Position numbers and translations under genes: made by a program
The notes under the pieces: model-generated
The model's input: the letters and a program-made list of their open reading frames with translations, nothing else
Database searches by the model: none
What the model was told of the DNA's origin: nothing
Part shown: piece after piece, positions 19,372 through 28,790 of the stretch
Position numbering within the stretch: position 1 is the first letter of the stretch
Layout of the letters: every line of letters starts with the position of its first letter
From: a virus
DNA length: 64,000 bases
Direction: 5' to 3' (one strand)
Virus record (IMG/VR): IMGVR_UViG_3300035684_000002
Span: 1-64,000 of that record

Positions 19372-19655
19372 TCTTGTTCAAGTGCAAGCCCGACGACGGC
19401 GACACGTTCTACGTCGAGGCGGACAGCCGCGACGTCTACGCCTGGGAGTCAGCCGACCGCCGCCGGCACCTGGGCATGATCCAGACCACGCCGAAGATGA
19501 CCGACCTGGGCGAGCTGGCCTGGCGCGCCGCCCAGCGGACCAAGGTCTGGACCGGCGACCTCGACGACTTCCGCCGGTGCGTGGCGTTCGCGCCCGTCGA
19601 GCAGGGCAGCGAGCCGGGGGCCGACCTGCTGGACCCTACCCGGCCGGCAGTCTGA
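19368..19655 (+). CDS. tail assembly chaperone-like (gpG-like)
   Basis: ATG 19368 (ATGA overlap), in frame with track ORF 19245..19655. The -1 frame stays open to 19801. Confidence 0.5.
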   Translation: MILFKCKPDDGDTFYVEADSRDVYAWESADRRRHLGMIQTTPKMTDLGELAWRAAQRTKVWTGDLDDFRRCVAFAPVEQGSEPGADLLDPTRPAV

Positions 19656-19819
19656 GACGGGCTGTCGTGTTCCTCGTGATGCAGACCGGGCTTCCGTTCG
19701 AGTACTGGGTGGCGCCCTCGCGCCGGCAGGTGCTCGACACCGCCCTGGTTCTGCTGCGCGAACAGGGCGAGGCCATCGCCGACCCTCACGGGCAGCGGTA
19801 GAGCAGGACCGCACGACCC

Positions 19820-20275
19820 ATGCCCCGCGTCAGCAGCGACGGCTTCCGCGTGTCCATCCGCGGAAAGCAGTTCGTCGAGCGCGCGCTACGCCGCCTTCCC
19901 CGCCAGGCGGAGCGCGAGGTGAAGAACGGGATGGAACGGCTGTCGCGCGAGCTGGCGAACCTGATCCGCGCCGCCGGTCGGGCGGAGTCGCCCCAGGCGG
20001 CGCGTGCCTCGCGCACGGTGCGCACCGCGCGGGGCGTCACCCCGCAGGTCGTGGCCGGCCCGCATCCGTTCCTGTTCGGCTCCGAGTTCGGGGTGAAGCG
20101 GCGCTTCGGTTGGTACCGCAAGGGTCGCTACTACAACAGCGACGCGCGCCAGTTCAAGGCGCACCGCGGGAATGCCAGCTACTGGTTCTTCGACACCTAC
20201 GACCGCGAAGAGCCCCGCATCCGCGCAGCTGGTCGCGAGATCAGCGACGCCATCATCCGGGCGTACGGAGCATGA
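19820..20275 (+). CDS. neck/tail-completion protein (HK97 gp10-like, tentative)
   Basis: Track ORF 151 aa. Basic. Unusual position, just before the tape measure gene. Confidence 0.5.
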   Translation: MPRVSSDGFRVSIRGKQFVERALRRLPRQAEREVKNGMERLSRELANLIRAAGRAESPQAARASRTVRTARGVTPQVVAGPHPFLFGSEFGVKRRFGWYRKGRYYNSDARQFKAHRGNASYWFFDTYDREEPRIRAAGREISDAIIRAYGA

Positions 20276-20278
20276 TCG

Positions 20279-22999
20279 ATGGCTGACACCCGCTCGACCA
20301 TCAACATCATCTTCGACGGGGCGACCAACGGGCTGACCGCCGCCGCCCGGGTCGCTGCTGCTGCGGTGTCCCAGGTAGGCGGGGTGCTGGCCAAGGTCGG
20401 CGCGGCCGGTGCTGCGGTGGCCGGCCTGGGCGCAGCTGCCGGTGCGCTCACCCAGCTGGCCGGTGCCGCACCGCTGGCGGTCGGCGCGATCGGTGCGCTG
20501 ATCGCGGCCAAGGCCACTTTCAAGATCGCTACGGCCGGGTTCACCGACGCGGTCGGCGGCGACGCCGAAGCCCTGGCCAGCCTGGCACCCGCCGCCCGCG
20601 AGGCGGCGGTGGCGGTCAAGGCGCTGAACGACGGCCCCATCAAGGGGCTGCGCCAGTCGGTGCAGCAGGCGTTCTTCGAGGGCTTCGCCGCCGACGTCAA
20701 CCAGCTGGCCGCCGCCTACATCCCCACCCTGACGAAGGGGATGACCGACGTCGCGAAGGGCTTCGCCTTCGTCCGCCAGCAGGCGGTGCAGGGGCTGATC
20801 CAGCCGTCCGCAGTGAACGACGTCAACGAGGTGCTGGCCGGCACGTCGGGCTTCCTGCGCGGCATCGGCTCCGGGGCCGGCGACGCGGTGCGCGGCCTGC
20901 TCGGGATGGCTGGGGTCGGCGCCACCTACCTGCCCGCCCTGGGCGAGGCGATCAACGGGGTGGCGCTGCGGTTCCGTACCTGGGTCGACGAAGGCGTCGA
21001 GTCGGGCGCGCTCAATGAAATGATCGACGGCGCTATCGCGGGATTCCAGTCGCTGGGCGCGATCGTCGTCAACATCGGCGCGATCATCGGTTCGATTTTC
21101 AGCGGCCTGGGCGCGAGCACGGAAAGCCCGCTGGCCAACCTCGAACGGCTGACCGGTCAGCTGCGCGAGTTCTTCGAAAGCGCCGCCGCGCAAGGTCCGC
21201 TGCAAGCCCTGGGCGAAACGCTCAGTTTGGTCTCGCAGGTGATGGGCGGCGTATTGATAAATGCGCTGCAAACCGTCGGGCCGATCATCGTCGCGCTGGC
21301 TCCGCTGGTGCAGTCGCTGGCGTTCGCATTCGGTGATCTGGTCAACGGATTGTTGAGCGCTTTCGGTCCGGCGATCGCTACAATTGCGGGCGCGCTTTCC
21401 ACGACCCTGGGTCCGGCCATCGAATTGATGGTGCTCGGATTCGTCGACATCGCCACCGCGCTGGGCCCCGTGATCGCCGCCTTGGCCGGCCCGCTGGCCG
21501 GGGTCCTCGCGGTCGTCGCCGACGTGATCGGCCAGGTGGCCACCGCCGCCGCCCCCGTGGTCGCCGCGCTCGAACCGCTGGTCGCCATGCTGGGCCAGGC
21601 GCTGCTCACCGCGGTCTCCGCCCTGGCGCCGATCATCACCCAGCTGGCCACCATCTTTTCGACGCTCTTCGTCGGCGCGCTCACTGCGCTACAGCCGCTG
21701 TTCGCCGCGCTTCTCCCGGTGATCGAGCAGCTGGCCGCCATGCTGGCCGAGCAGCTGACCATTGCGCTGGCCGCGATCACTCCCATTATCCCGATCATCA
21801 TCGACGGATTCACCCAGCTGGTGAATGCGGTAATTCCGCTGATTCCCATCGTGACGAATCTCGCGATGACCGTCATTCCTCCGCTGGTCGCTGCCTTCGT
21901 TTCCGTCGTGCCCGCGATCGCTCCGATGATTACTGCCATTGTTTCGATCGCGACGACGGTCATTCAGGTGATCACGCCTATCGTGCAGTTCGTCGCTGAC
22001 GTGATCGCCGCTTTCGCGAATCTCGCTGCGACGGTGATCCCGGTTATCGTCAACTTCGTGACCACGGTCATTCAGTTCTTCCTTAACCTGGTGAATACCG
22101 TCCTGACGAATGTGTCGGGATTCCTGACGAACATCATTTCGATCTTCACCACACTGGCCTCGACTGCGATTTCTATTTTCACCACGCTGGTCGGAAACGT
22201 CATCGCCTTCTTCACCCAGCTGGCGACGACCGTGGTCGGGCTCGCGGGCAACCTGGTAAACGGCGTCGTCAATTTCGTCTCGGCGTTGCCCGGCCAGGTC
22301 ATGGGCTTTATCACCGGTCTGGTCAACGATGCGGTTCAGGCGTTCCGCGACTGGGTGACCCGGGCCGGCCAGGCGGTCAACGACCTGGTCAACACCGTGG
22401 TCCGGTTCCTGCAAGGTCTGCCGGGACGTGTCGCGGAAATCGCCGGGAACATCGTCAACAGTTTTGTCGACGGGATCAAGGCCGGCATTGGCAAGGTCGG
22501 CGAGGCGGCGCGGAACCTGGCGCAGTCCGCATGGGATTCACTGCAAAACGCACTCGGCATCGCGAGCCCGTCGAAGCTGATGCGCTACGGCGGGCGCATG
22601 ACCGGCGAGGGCTTCGAGCTGGGCATCATCGACTCGACCAGCGGCGTGATCGCCAGCGCCCGGGCGATGGGGCTCGCCGCCCAGTCGGCGGCCATCGAGC
22701 CGTTGCAGAACCTGGGCGCGGTGGTCGACACCTCGCTGGGCCAGCTCGCCACCGCTGCATCGTTCAGCGTGGGCGGCGCGGCCCCAGGATCGTCGCTGAC
22801 GCCCGACGCCGGACCGGCCGCGGCTCCGGTCACCGCCGAGCAGCTGGCCGCTCTGCTGCTCGCTCAGCGGGCCCAGGCGGTCGAGGTCACCGTGCTGCTC
22901 GACGGCGAGCCGGTGCGCGCCACGGTGCGGACCCAGATCGCCGAACAGGATCGCGAGACGGTGCGCCGTGCGCGCGTCGGCACGGGGGTGTCGTTCTAG
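20279..22999 (+). CDS. tape measure protein
   Basis: Track ORF 906 aa. Long Ala/Gly/Val/Ile-rich helical repeats and hydrophobic blocks. Position is consistent. Confidence 0.88.
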   Translation: MADTRSTINIIFDGATNGLTAAARVAAAAVSQVGGVLAKVGAAGAAVAGLGAAAGALTQLAGAAPLAVGAIGALIAAKATFKIATAGFTDAVGGDAEALASLAPAAREAAVAVKALNDGPIKGLRQSVQQAFFEGFAADVNQLAAAYIPTLTKGMTDVAKGFAFVRQQAVQGLIQPSAVNDVNEVLAGTSGFLRGIGSGAGDAVRGLLGMAGVGATYLPALGEAINGVALRFRTWVDEGVESGALNEMIDGAIAGFQSLGAIVVNIGAIIGSIFSGLGASTESPLANLERLTGQLREFFESAAAQGPLQALGETLSLVSQVMGGVLINALQTVGPIIVALAPLVQSLAFAFGDLVNGLLSAFGPAIATIAGALSTTLGPAIELMVLGFVDIATALGPVIAALAGPLAGVLAVVADVIGQVATAAAPVVAALEPLVAMLGQALLTAVSALAPIITQLATIFSTLFVGALTALQPLFAALLPVIEQLAAMLAEQLTIALAAITPIIPIIIDGFTQLVNAVIPLIPIVTNLAMTVIPPLVAAFVSVVPAIAPMITAIVSIATTVIQVITPIVQFVADVIAAFANLAATVIPVIVNFVTTVIQFFLNLVNTVLTNVSGFLTNIISIFTTLASTAISIFTTLVGNVIAFFTQLATTVVGLAGNLVNGVVNFVSALPGQVMGFITGLVNDAVQAFRDWVTRAGQAVNDLVNTVVRFLQGLPGRVAEIAGNIVNSFVDGIKAGIGKVGEAARNLAQSAWDSLQNALGIASPSKLMRYGGRMTGEGFELGIIDSTSGVIASARAMGLAAQSAAIEPLQNLGAVVDTSLGQLATAASFSVGGAAPGSSLTPDAGPAAAPVTAEQLAALLLAQRAQAVEVTVLLDGEPVRATVRTQIAEQDRETVRRARVGTGVSF

Positions 23000-24474
23000 T
23001 GCCACGCCGCAACCTGATCATCAACCCCGCGCTCAAGGTCGACGACGGGCACTGGTTCCCCGGTGTGTGGAACCGTACCGCCGCCGCACACCCCACCCTG
23101 CCCCGTACCACCGCGCTCGAAGGCACCACCGCCGGCCAGGTCGTGTGCGCACGCGCCGACGTGGTGGCCGGCAAGTACTACGTGTTCAGCGTCAGCATCC
23201 GGGCGATCGCCCCGATGACCGGCAGCCTGGGCATCGACTGGCGCACCAGCGGCAACGTCTTCCTGTCGAGCACCAGCGGCGCGGGTTCGGATTACGGCGT
23301 GGTCAACATGACCGCCGGCTCTACCCAGCGGTTCGCGGTCATCGGCCAGGCGCCGACCGACGCCGGACGCTGCACGCCGGTCATCAACGGGATGGACGCG
23401 GGCGGTGCGCAGGTCACCGCCGCGATGCTGCGCGAGTTCGACACCCTGGGCGACGCCACCATCGCGATGGAAGCCGACCGGCTGGCGTCGGGGTACTTCG
23501 ACGGCGACAGCACGTCGGCCAGCTGGGACGGCAGCAACGGGGAGTCGACCTCGACCAGCACGCTGGGCGACCCGGCCGCCGGCCTGGTCCGCTTCGGCGC
23601 GGTCACCATCGGCGGCGTCGGCGTGCGGACCAGCTTCGGGTCCGGGTCGCTCAGCTTCGGCGATGTCTCGATCGCCACCGGGCTGATCGCCACCGCGACC
23701 TACGACCCGCGGCGCGGGCGCTTCCGTATCGACGCCGTCGGGCTCTCGACCAGCGTCCTGCGGTGCGTCGTCTACAGCCGTCCGGTCGGGCGCTCGCGCT
23801 GGTCGGAGGTGCGCGGCGGCAAGGTCGGGGTCAACGTCGGCCAGCAGCGGTTCGCCCGCAAGGTCGACGACTACGAGTTCACCGCGGGCGTGCCGATGCA
23901 GTACCGGGTCGTGGCGCTGGCCAGCGCGGAGAACCAGCCCGACGTGATCGTGCAGCAGCGGGTCATCGACGCCGACCAGCTGGCGCCTGACGAAGTGTGG
24001 ATCAAGTTCATCGCTGCGCCGGCCAGCAACCGGAGGGTCTTCCTGCACGACTGGTCCGACATCGACCACGACGCGCGCAACGTGCTGCACCACGTGCGCG
24101 GGCGGCCCGACCCGATCGCGGTCACCGACGTGCACAGCGCGGCGACGATGACCGTCGAGGTGGTCACCCCCACCCGGGCTGAGCGCGAGGCGCTGCGCAC
24201 CTCGCTGCGCCAGGGTGCGCCGGTGTTCTTTCAGACACCCGACTCGATCGAGTGCCCGTCGATGTACGCGGTGGTCGGATCGTTCAAGGTCAGCCGGCTC
24301 TCGCGCGACAGCGTGCGCTCGCTGTTCACCATCCCGCTGACGGAGGTCGCTCCGCCGCCGCCGTCGGTCGTCGGCGTGGCGGTCACCTGGGCATCGCTGC
24401 GCGAGCGCTACGCCAGCTGGCAGGAACTGGCCGACGACCCCGCGCTGTCGACCTGGCGGGACGTGAGCACCTGA
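22999..24474 (+). CDS. minor tail protein (distal-tail-like, with N-terminal carbohydrate-binding-like module)
   Basis: GTG 22999 is in frame with track ORF 22531..24474. Directly follows the tape measure gene. Confidence 0.7.
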   Translation: MPRRNLIINPALKVDDGHWFPGVWNRTAAAHPTLPRTTALEGTTAGQVVCARADVVAGKYYVFSVSIRAIAPMTGSLGIDWRTSGNVFLSSTSGAGSDYGVVNMTAGSTQRFAVIGQAPTDAGRCTPVINGMDAGGAQVTAAMLREFDTLGDATIAMEADRLASGYFDGDSTSASWDGSNGESTSTSTLGDPAAGLVRFGAVTIGGVGVRTSFGSGSLSFGDVSIATGLIATATYDPRRGRFRIDAVGLSTSVLRCVVYSRPVGRSRWSEVRGGKVGVNVGQQRFARKVDDYEFTAGVPMQYRVVALASAENQPDVIVQQRVIDADQLAPDEVWIKFIAAPASNRRVFLHDWSDIDHDARNVLHHVRGRPDPIAVTDVHSAATMTVEVVTPTRAEREALRTSLRQGAPVFFQTPDSIECPSMYAVVGSFKVSRLSRDSVRSLFTIPLTEVAPPPPSVVGVAVTWASLRERYASWQELADDPALSTWRDVST

Positions 24475-26384
24475 TGGGCTGGCCGGTCTCCGCGCGGTTC
24501 CGCGACGCCATCGGCGGAACCCACCGCGCCGTCGCCCGGGTCCGGCTGCTGCGGACGATCCAGTTCGGGCCCGACCCGGTGGGCGGCGTCGAGTTGCCGT
24601 TGCTCGACGCGAACGTGCGGCGCAACGCGACGTCGGACATCAAGGCGACGCTGGCGGCCACCGTGCCCGGCGACTACTTCGACGACCTCGCCCCCTACGG
24701 CGTCGAGCTGTTCGCCGAACGCGGCGTCGACTTCGGGGACGGGACGCGCGAGTTCGTGCCGCTGGGCTACTTCCGGGTCGACCAGCTCGACCAGGGCTCG
24801 ATGCCCTACGGGCCGATCAGCGTCGACGCCTCCGACCGCATCGCGCAGCTGATCCAGTCCCGGGTGATCTACCCCTACCAGGTCACCGCCGGCACCTCGC
24901 ACCGCGCGATCTTCAACACCCTGGTCAACGGCAGCAACACCGGTGCCGGCACCTACGGGATGTACGTCGGGGTCACCGTCCCCATCGACTGGACCGACGC
25001 GGGCTACAACCCCGACACGGAGCTGCTGACGACCGACGTCGTGGTCGACGACAGCGTCTACGACTTCCTGGCCAAGCTGGTCGACGCGAAGGGGTGCGTC
25101 ATCACCGCGAAGCGCACCGGCGAGCTGGCGGTGGTCAACCGCAACCCCCCGATCGACTCGCCCCCCGACATCACGCTGCGCGAGGGTCGCACCGGCACGC
25201 TCACTCAGGCCAGCCGGCGGATCAGCCGCGACGGGGTCTACAACATCGTGCGCGCCACCGGCAGCGACCCCGCCACCCAGACCGGCTACCGGTTGGCCTA
25301 CATCACCGACCCCGCCAACCCGCTGCGCTGGGATGGGCTCTTCGGGCCGGCGGTGCGCTACCTCGCCAGCCCGGTGCTCACCACGTCGGACGAAGCCGAC
25401 GCCGCTGCGGAGACGATGCTGGCCCGCGCCACCGGGCTACCTGTCGAGCAAGGATTGTGGGTCGTGCCCGACCCCAGCATCGACCCGCTGGACATCGCCC
25501 GCGTCGAGGTCGCCACGCTCGCGCCCGGGACGCACACCCTCGACGAACTGACCGTGCCGCTGACCGGCGGTGGCGCGGTGCAGATCCGCACCCGCACGCT
25601 CAACCCGGTGCCGCAGAACCCCACCGACCCGGAACCGGAGCCGACCCCGGACCCGGAGCCCGACCCGGACCCCGGGCCCAACCCCACGCCCGGCGGGGGC
25701 AGCGCGAGCGACGGCACCCAGGCGGCGCTGGTCCGCGGCTGGGGACCGGTGATCTTCCGGGACGAGTTCGACTACACCGGCCGCCCCGACCCCGCGAAGT
25801 GGGGGCTGTACGACGGCCCCGGTCACGCGGGCAACGGGCGCCGCAGCCCGTCGGCGTTCCACGTGCACGACGGGATGATGACCATCACCGGCACGGCGAA
25901 CGGGGTCAGCGGCGGCACCGCGTGCCGGCACCGCACCGGCCGGGGCTACCGCGCGGAAATGCGCTGCCGCGTTTACAACACCGCGAACAACGGCAGCCGA
26001 CGATACCACCCAGTGCTTATTCTGTGGCCCGACAACAACCAGTGGCCCGAAGGCGCGGAGTACGACTTTCTTGAGACGGACGAAGGGTCGGGCGAGTTCG
26101 GGCTATTTATGCACCTGCCCAACCACAGCCCTTACCGCCAGGACCACGAATCGTTTCCGCTCGATATCCAGAACTGGCACAACTACGCGGTCGAGTGGAA
26201 CCCGGCAGCCCGCACACTGAAAGCGTTCGTCGACGGTAAGCAGGTCTACAGCGGTAGCGGCCGGGTCGCCGACGCACCCGGCCCCATGCACCTGACGATC
26301 CAGCTCGACCACTTCGGCGGCACGCCCCGCGACGCGAAGTTCGACACCGCCTGGGTCCGCATCTACGAACGGCCGAATGCGTGA
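24474..26384 (+). CDS. minor tail protein with C-terminal GH16/concanavalin-like domain
   Basis: ATG 24474 (TGATG overlap), in frame with track ORF 24252..26384. The C-terminal domain contains EYDFLE (ExDxxE). Confidence 0.7.
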   Translation: MGWPVSARFRDAIGGTHRAVARVRLLRTIQFGPDPVGGVELPLLDANVRRNATSDIKATLAATVPGDYFDDLAPYGVELFAERGVDFGDGTREFVPLGYFRVDQLDQGSMPYGPISVDASDRIAQLIQSRVIYPYQVTAGTSHRAIFNTLVNGSNTGAGTYGMYVGVTVPIDWTDAGYNPDTELLTTDVVVDDSVYDFLAKLVDAKGCVITAKRTGELAVVNRNPPIDSPPDITLREGRTGTLTQASRRISRDGVYNIVRATGSDPATQTGYRLAYITDPANPLRWDGLFGPAVRYLASPVLTTSDEADAAAETMLARATGLPVEQGLWVVPDPSIDPLDIARVEVATLAPGTHTLDELTVPLTGGGAVQIRTRTLNPVPQNPTDPEPEPTPDPEPDPDPGPNPTPGGGSASDGTQAALVRGWGPVIFRDEFDYTGRPDPAKWGLYDGPGHAGNGRRSPSAFHVHDGMMTITGTANGVSGGTACRHRTGRGYRAEMRCRVYNTANNGSRRYHPVLILWPDNNQWPEGAEYDFLETDEGSGEFGLFMHLPNHSPYRQDHESFPLDIQNWHNYAVEWNPAARTLKAFVDGKQVYSGSGRVADAPGPMHLTIQLDHFGGTPRDAKFDTAWVRIYERPNA

Positions 26385-26638
26385 GCGACGCACTGGCGCG
26401 GTACATCCTCGCGCAGCAGAACGCCGACACTCCGGTCGAGCCGTTCACCGCGTACCTGACCAGCTGGGACCCGCTCACCGGTGAGAACGTCGTGACGTTT
26501 TCCGGCAACCAGCAGTGGGTCAACCTCGCATTCATCGGCGATCCGGCAGCGATCACCACCGGCCGGGTCTACCTGCTCCGCACCCCGGGGTCGCCGGTGA
26601 TTCTCGGCAACATCCGCAAGCCGGTCACCGGCGCATGA
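26381..26638 (+). CDS. minor tail protein
   Basis: Track ORF 85 aa. GTGA coupling. Confidence 0.55.
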   Translation: MSDALARYILAQQNADTPVEPFTAYLTSWDPLTGENVVTFSGNQQWVNLAFIGDPAAITTGRVYLLRTPGSPVILGNIRKPVTGA

Positions 26639-26651
26639 TCGAGAGGTCTCG

Positions 26652-27032
26652 ATGGCACTAGGACTGTCTCCCGTCGCCGGGGTCGCGCTGCTGACCGACT
26701 GGGCGACGACCTACCGCTACGTCAAGTTGCACGTGGGCGACCCCGGACCCAACGGCACCGCGAACGCGGCGACGAACACGACCCGCATCCAGACCGACTG
26801 GGGCACCCCGGACAGCTCGACCCCAGGCGTGGTCACCATGACCCACACTGACGATCTGCCCTGGGTGGGCGTGCCGGCCAGCGAGGACTACACGCACGTC
26901 AGCGTCTGGGACTCGCTGTCGGGTGGGGTGTTCGGCGGGTCCGGCCTGATCACCGCGGACCCGGTGACGGTGGGGAATAACTTCACCCTGCCCGCCGGAG
27001 CGGTCAACGTCTCGCAGCCGGTGGCCGGCTGA
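26652..27032 (+). CDS. minor tail protein
   Basis: Track ORF 126 aa. Confidence 0.55.
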   Translation: MALGLSPVAGVALLTDWATTYRYVKLHVGDPGPNGTANAATNTTRIQTDWGTPDSSTPGVVTMTHTDDLPWVGVPASEDYTHVSVWDSLSGGVFGGSGLITADPVTVGNNFTLPAGAVNVSQPVAG

Positions 27033-27757
27033 TGGGCACTACGGATCGTTTCGACCTGACCTACCCCGAACAGCTCGACGAGCCGGACGGCCCGGCCCAG
27101 ATCCAAGCGCTGGCCGAAGACGTCGAGGGCTGGCTGAGCCGGGCGTTCCGGGTGGCCAACGCCAGCGCTCGCGCGACGTTGGGCACCGCGCTGGGGTCGG
27201 CCGGCTACGGGTTCCTGGTCATCGAGACCGACACGAAGCTGCCCTACATGTGGAACGGCACCACCTGGCTGGGGCTGACCGGGTCCGGCGGCGGGGGCGG
27301 TGGTGGGGCAGCTGGCGGGGCGACGTTCACCCAGACCTCCGCCCAGTCGATCCCGAACACGGCCAGCGGACCGGGCACGATCGTCAGCCTGCCGGGTGGC
27401 AGCGCCGGCAGCTTGATCGAGCGCACCGCCCAGGGCAGCGGTCACAAGTTCGAGCTGCTGGCGTCGGGGCTCTGGTCCGCCGACGCCCAGGTGCGGATCG
27501 CGACCACCAGCACCGCGGGCGAGGTGTCGGCGGCGATCCGCTACGACCCGGCCGGGGGCTCGAACTTCGACCGCTCGCTGGCCATCGACGGCGGCCGGCG
27601 GGAAGGGCTTGCGCGCACGCTGCAACCGGGCAAGCGCCGCTACCTCGAAGCCGGCACGACCTTGGCGGTGTTCGTCTACAACGGCACCGGCTCGACCCGC
27701 CAGCTCGAACCGAACGCGGGCGACTGGGTGAACCTCGACCTCTGGCTGGCGGGCTGA
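27032..27757 (+). CDS. minor tail/fibre protein with poly-Gly hinge
   Basis: Track ORF 241 aa. N-terminus MGTTDRFDLTYPE..., typical of actinophage minor tail proteins. GSGGGGGGGAAGG linker. Confidence 0.65.
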   Translation: MGTTDRFDLTYPEQLDEPDGPAQIQALAEDVEGWLSRAFRVANASARATLGTALGSAGYGFLVIETDTKLPYMWNGTTWLGLTGSGGGGGGGAAGGATFTQTSAQSIPNTASGPGTIVSLPGGSAGSLIERTAQGSGHKFELLASGLWSADAQVRIATTSTAGEVSAAIRYDPAGGSNFDRSLAIDGGRREGLARTLQPGKRRYLEAGTTLAVFVYNGTGSTRQLEPNAGDWVNLDLWLAG

Positions 27758-27758
27758 C

Positions 27759-28160
27759 GTGGCCGCCATCGAGCTGGCCCAGCAGCTGCCGCGCTTCGAC
27801 GTCACCTGCTACGCGGGCCGGCCGCTGCGCATCACCGTGCCCGTGCTCGACGGCAACGGCGACCCGCTCGCCGCCGCAGCGATCGCCACCGCGCGAGCCC
27901 AGGTGCGTCTGCTGGTCGACTCCGAACAGATGCTGCACACCTTCGGCGCCGACGACGACCCACCCGACCTGGCCATCACCGGGGCCGGGCTGGTGCTGAC
28001 CGCGACCAGCGAGGTGACCACGAACTGGGCGCTGCTGTGGCCCGGGCGCGCGCCGCGCACGACCGCCTGGTGGGACGTCGAGGTGACCGACACCGACGGC
28101 GAGTCGTGGCAGATCACCGAAGCCGGGCTGTTCACCGTCGTGCACCAGGTCACCCGCTGA
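27759..28160 (+). CDS. hypothetical tail-region protein
   Basis: Track ORF 133 aa. Confidence 0.55.
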   Translation: MAAIELAQQLPRFDVTCYAGRPLRITVPVLDGNGDPLAAAAIATARAQVRLLVDSEQMLHTFGADDDPPDLAITGAGLVLTATSEVTTNWALLWPGRAPRTTAWWDVEVTDTDGESWQITEAGLFTVVHQVTR

Positions 28161-28341
28161 CGCACGACGGCCCGGGGTCCCGAACCTCACCACCGCGCGC
28201 GGGCGGGTCAACGGAGTCGGGCACCCGGGCCTGGCCGCCGTGCACCAGCGGTTGGTCGAACTCTACGACCGGGTCGTAGGTGCCCCAGATACACCCGCCC
28301 CTCGCAGCTCCCCCATGTTCACACGATCGGAGTAACCGCCA

Positions 28342-28755
28342 GTGCTCACCCTGACGACCGCCATCCGCAACACCATGTGCGACGCCATCGTCGACTCGCT
28401 CGACGCCGGAGCTGGCGCGGGCACGATCCAGATCCGGTCGGGCACCCGGCCGAACGCGCCGTCGGACGCTGCGACCGGCACGCTGCTGGCCACGGTCACG
28501 TGCGCCGACCCGGCCTTCGGCGCGGCGAGCGCGGGCGCGGCGACCATGACCGACCCGTCGAGCGTCAACGCGGTGGCCACCGGAACCGCGACCTGGTTCC
28601 GTGCGCTCGACTCGACCGGGGCGGCGTGCTTCGACGGCAGCGTGACCGCCACCGGCGGCGGCGGCGACCTGACCCTGGGCACCGTCTCGATCACCTCCGG
28701 CCTGGCCGTCGACCTGACCGGCGGGACGATCACCGTTCCCCAGGGCACCGTCTGA
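28342..28755 (+). CDS. hypothetical tail-region protein
   Basis: Track ORF 137 aa. GTG start after GGAG. Confidence 0.55.
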   Translation: MLTLTTAIRNTMCDAIVDSLDAGAGAGTIQIRSGTRPNAPSDAATGTLLATVTCADPAFGAASAGAATMTDPSSVNAVATGTATWFRALDSTGAACFDGSVTATGGGGDLTLGTVSITSGLAVDLTGGTITVPQGTV

Positions 28756-28790
28756 TCCGCGAGCTGATCGAGCAGCGGGAGTAGCAGCGC

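Noticed and set aside
20197-22414. Several minus-strand ORFs (167-268 aa) inside the tape measure gene
   Set aside because: They are antisense shadows of a 906-aa gene with characteristic tape-measure repeats. No independent expression signals were seen.
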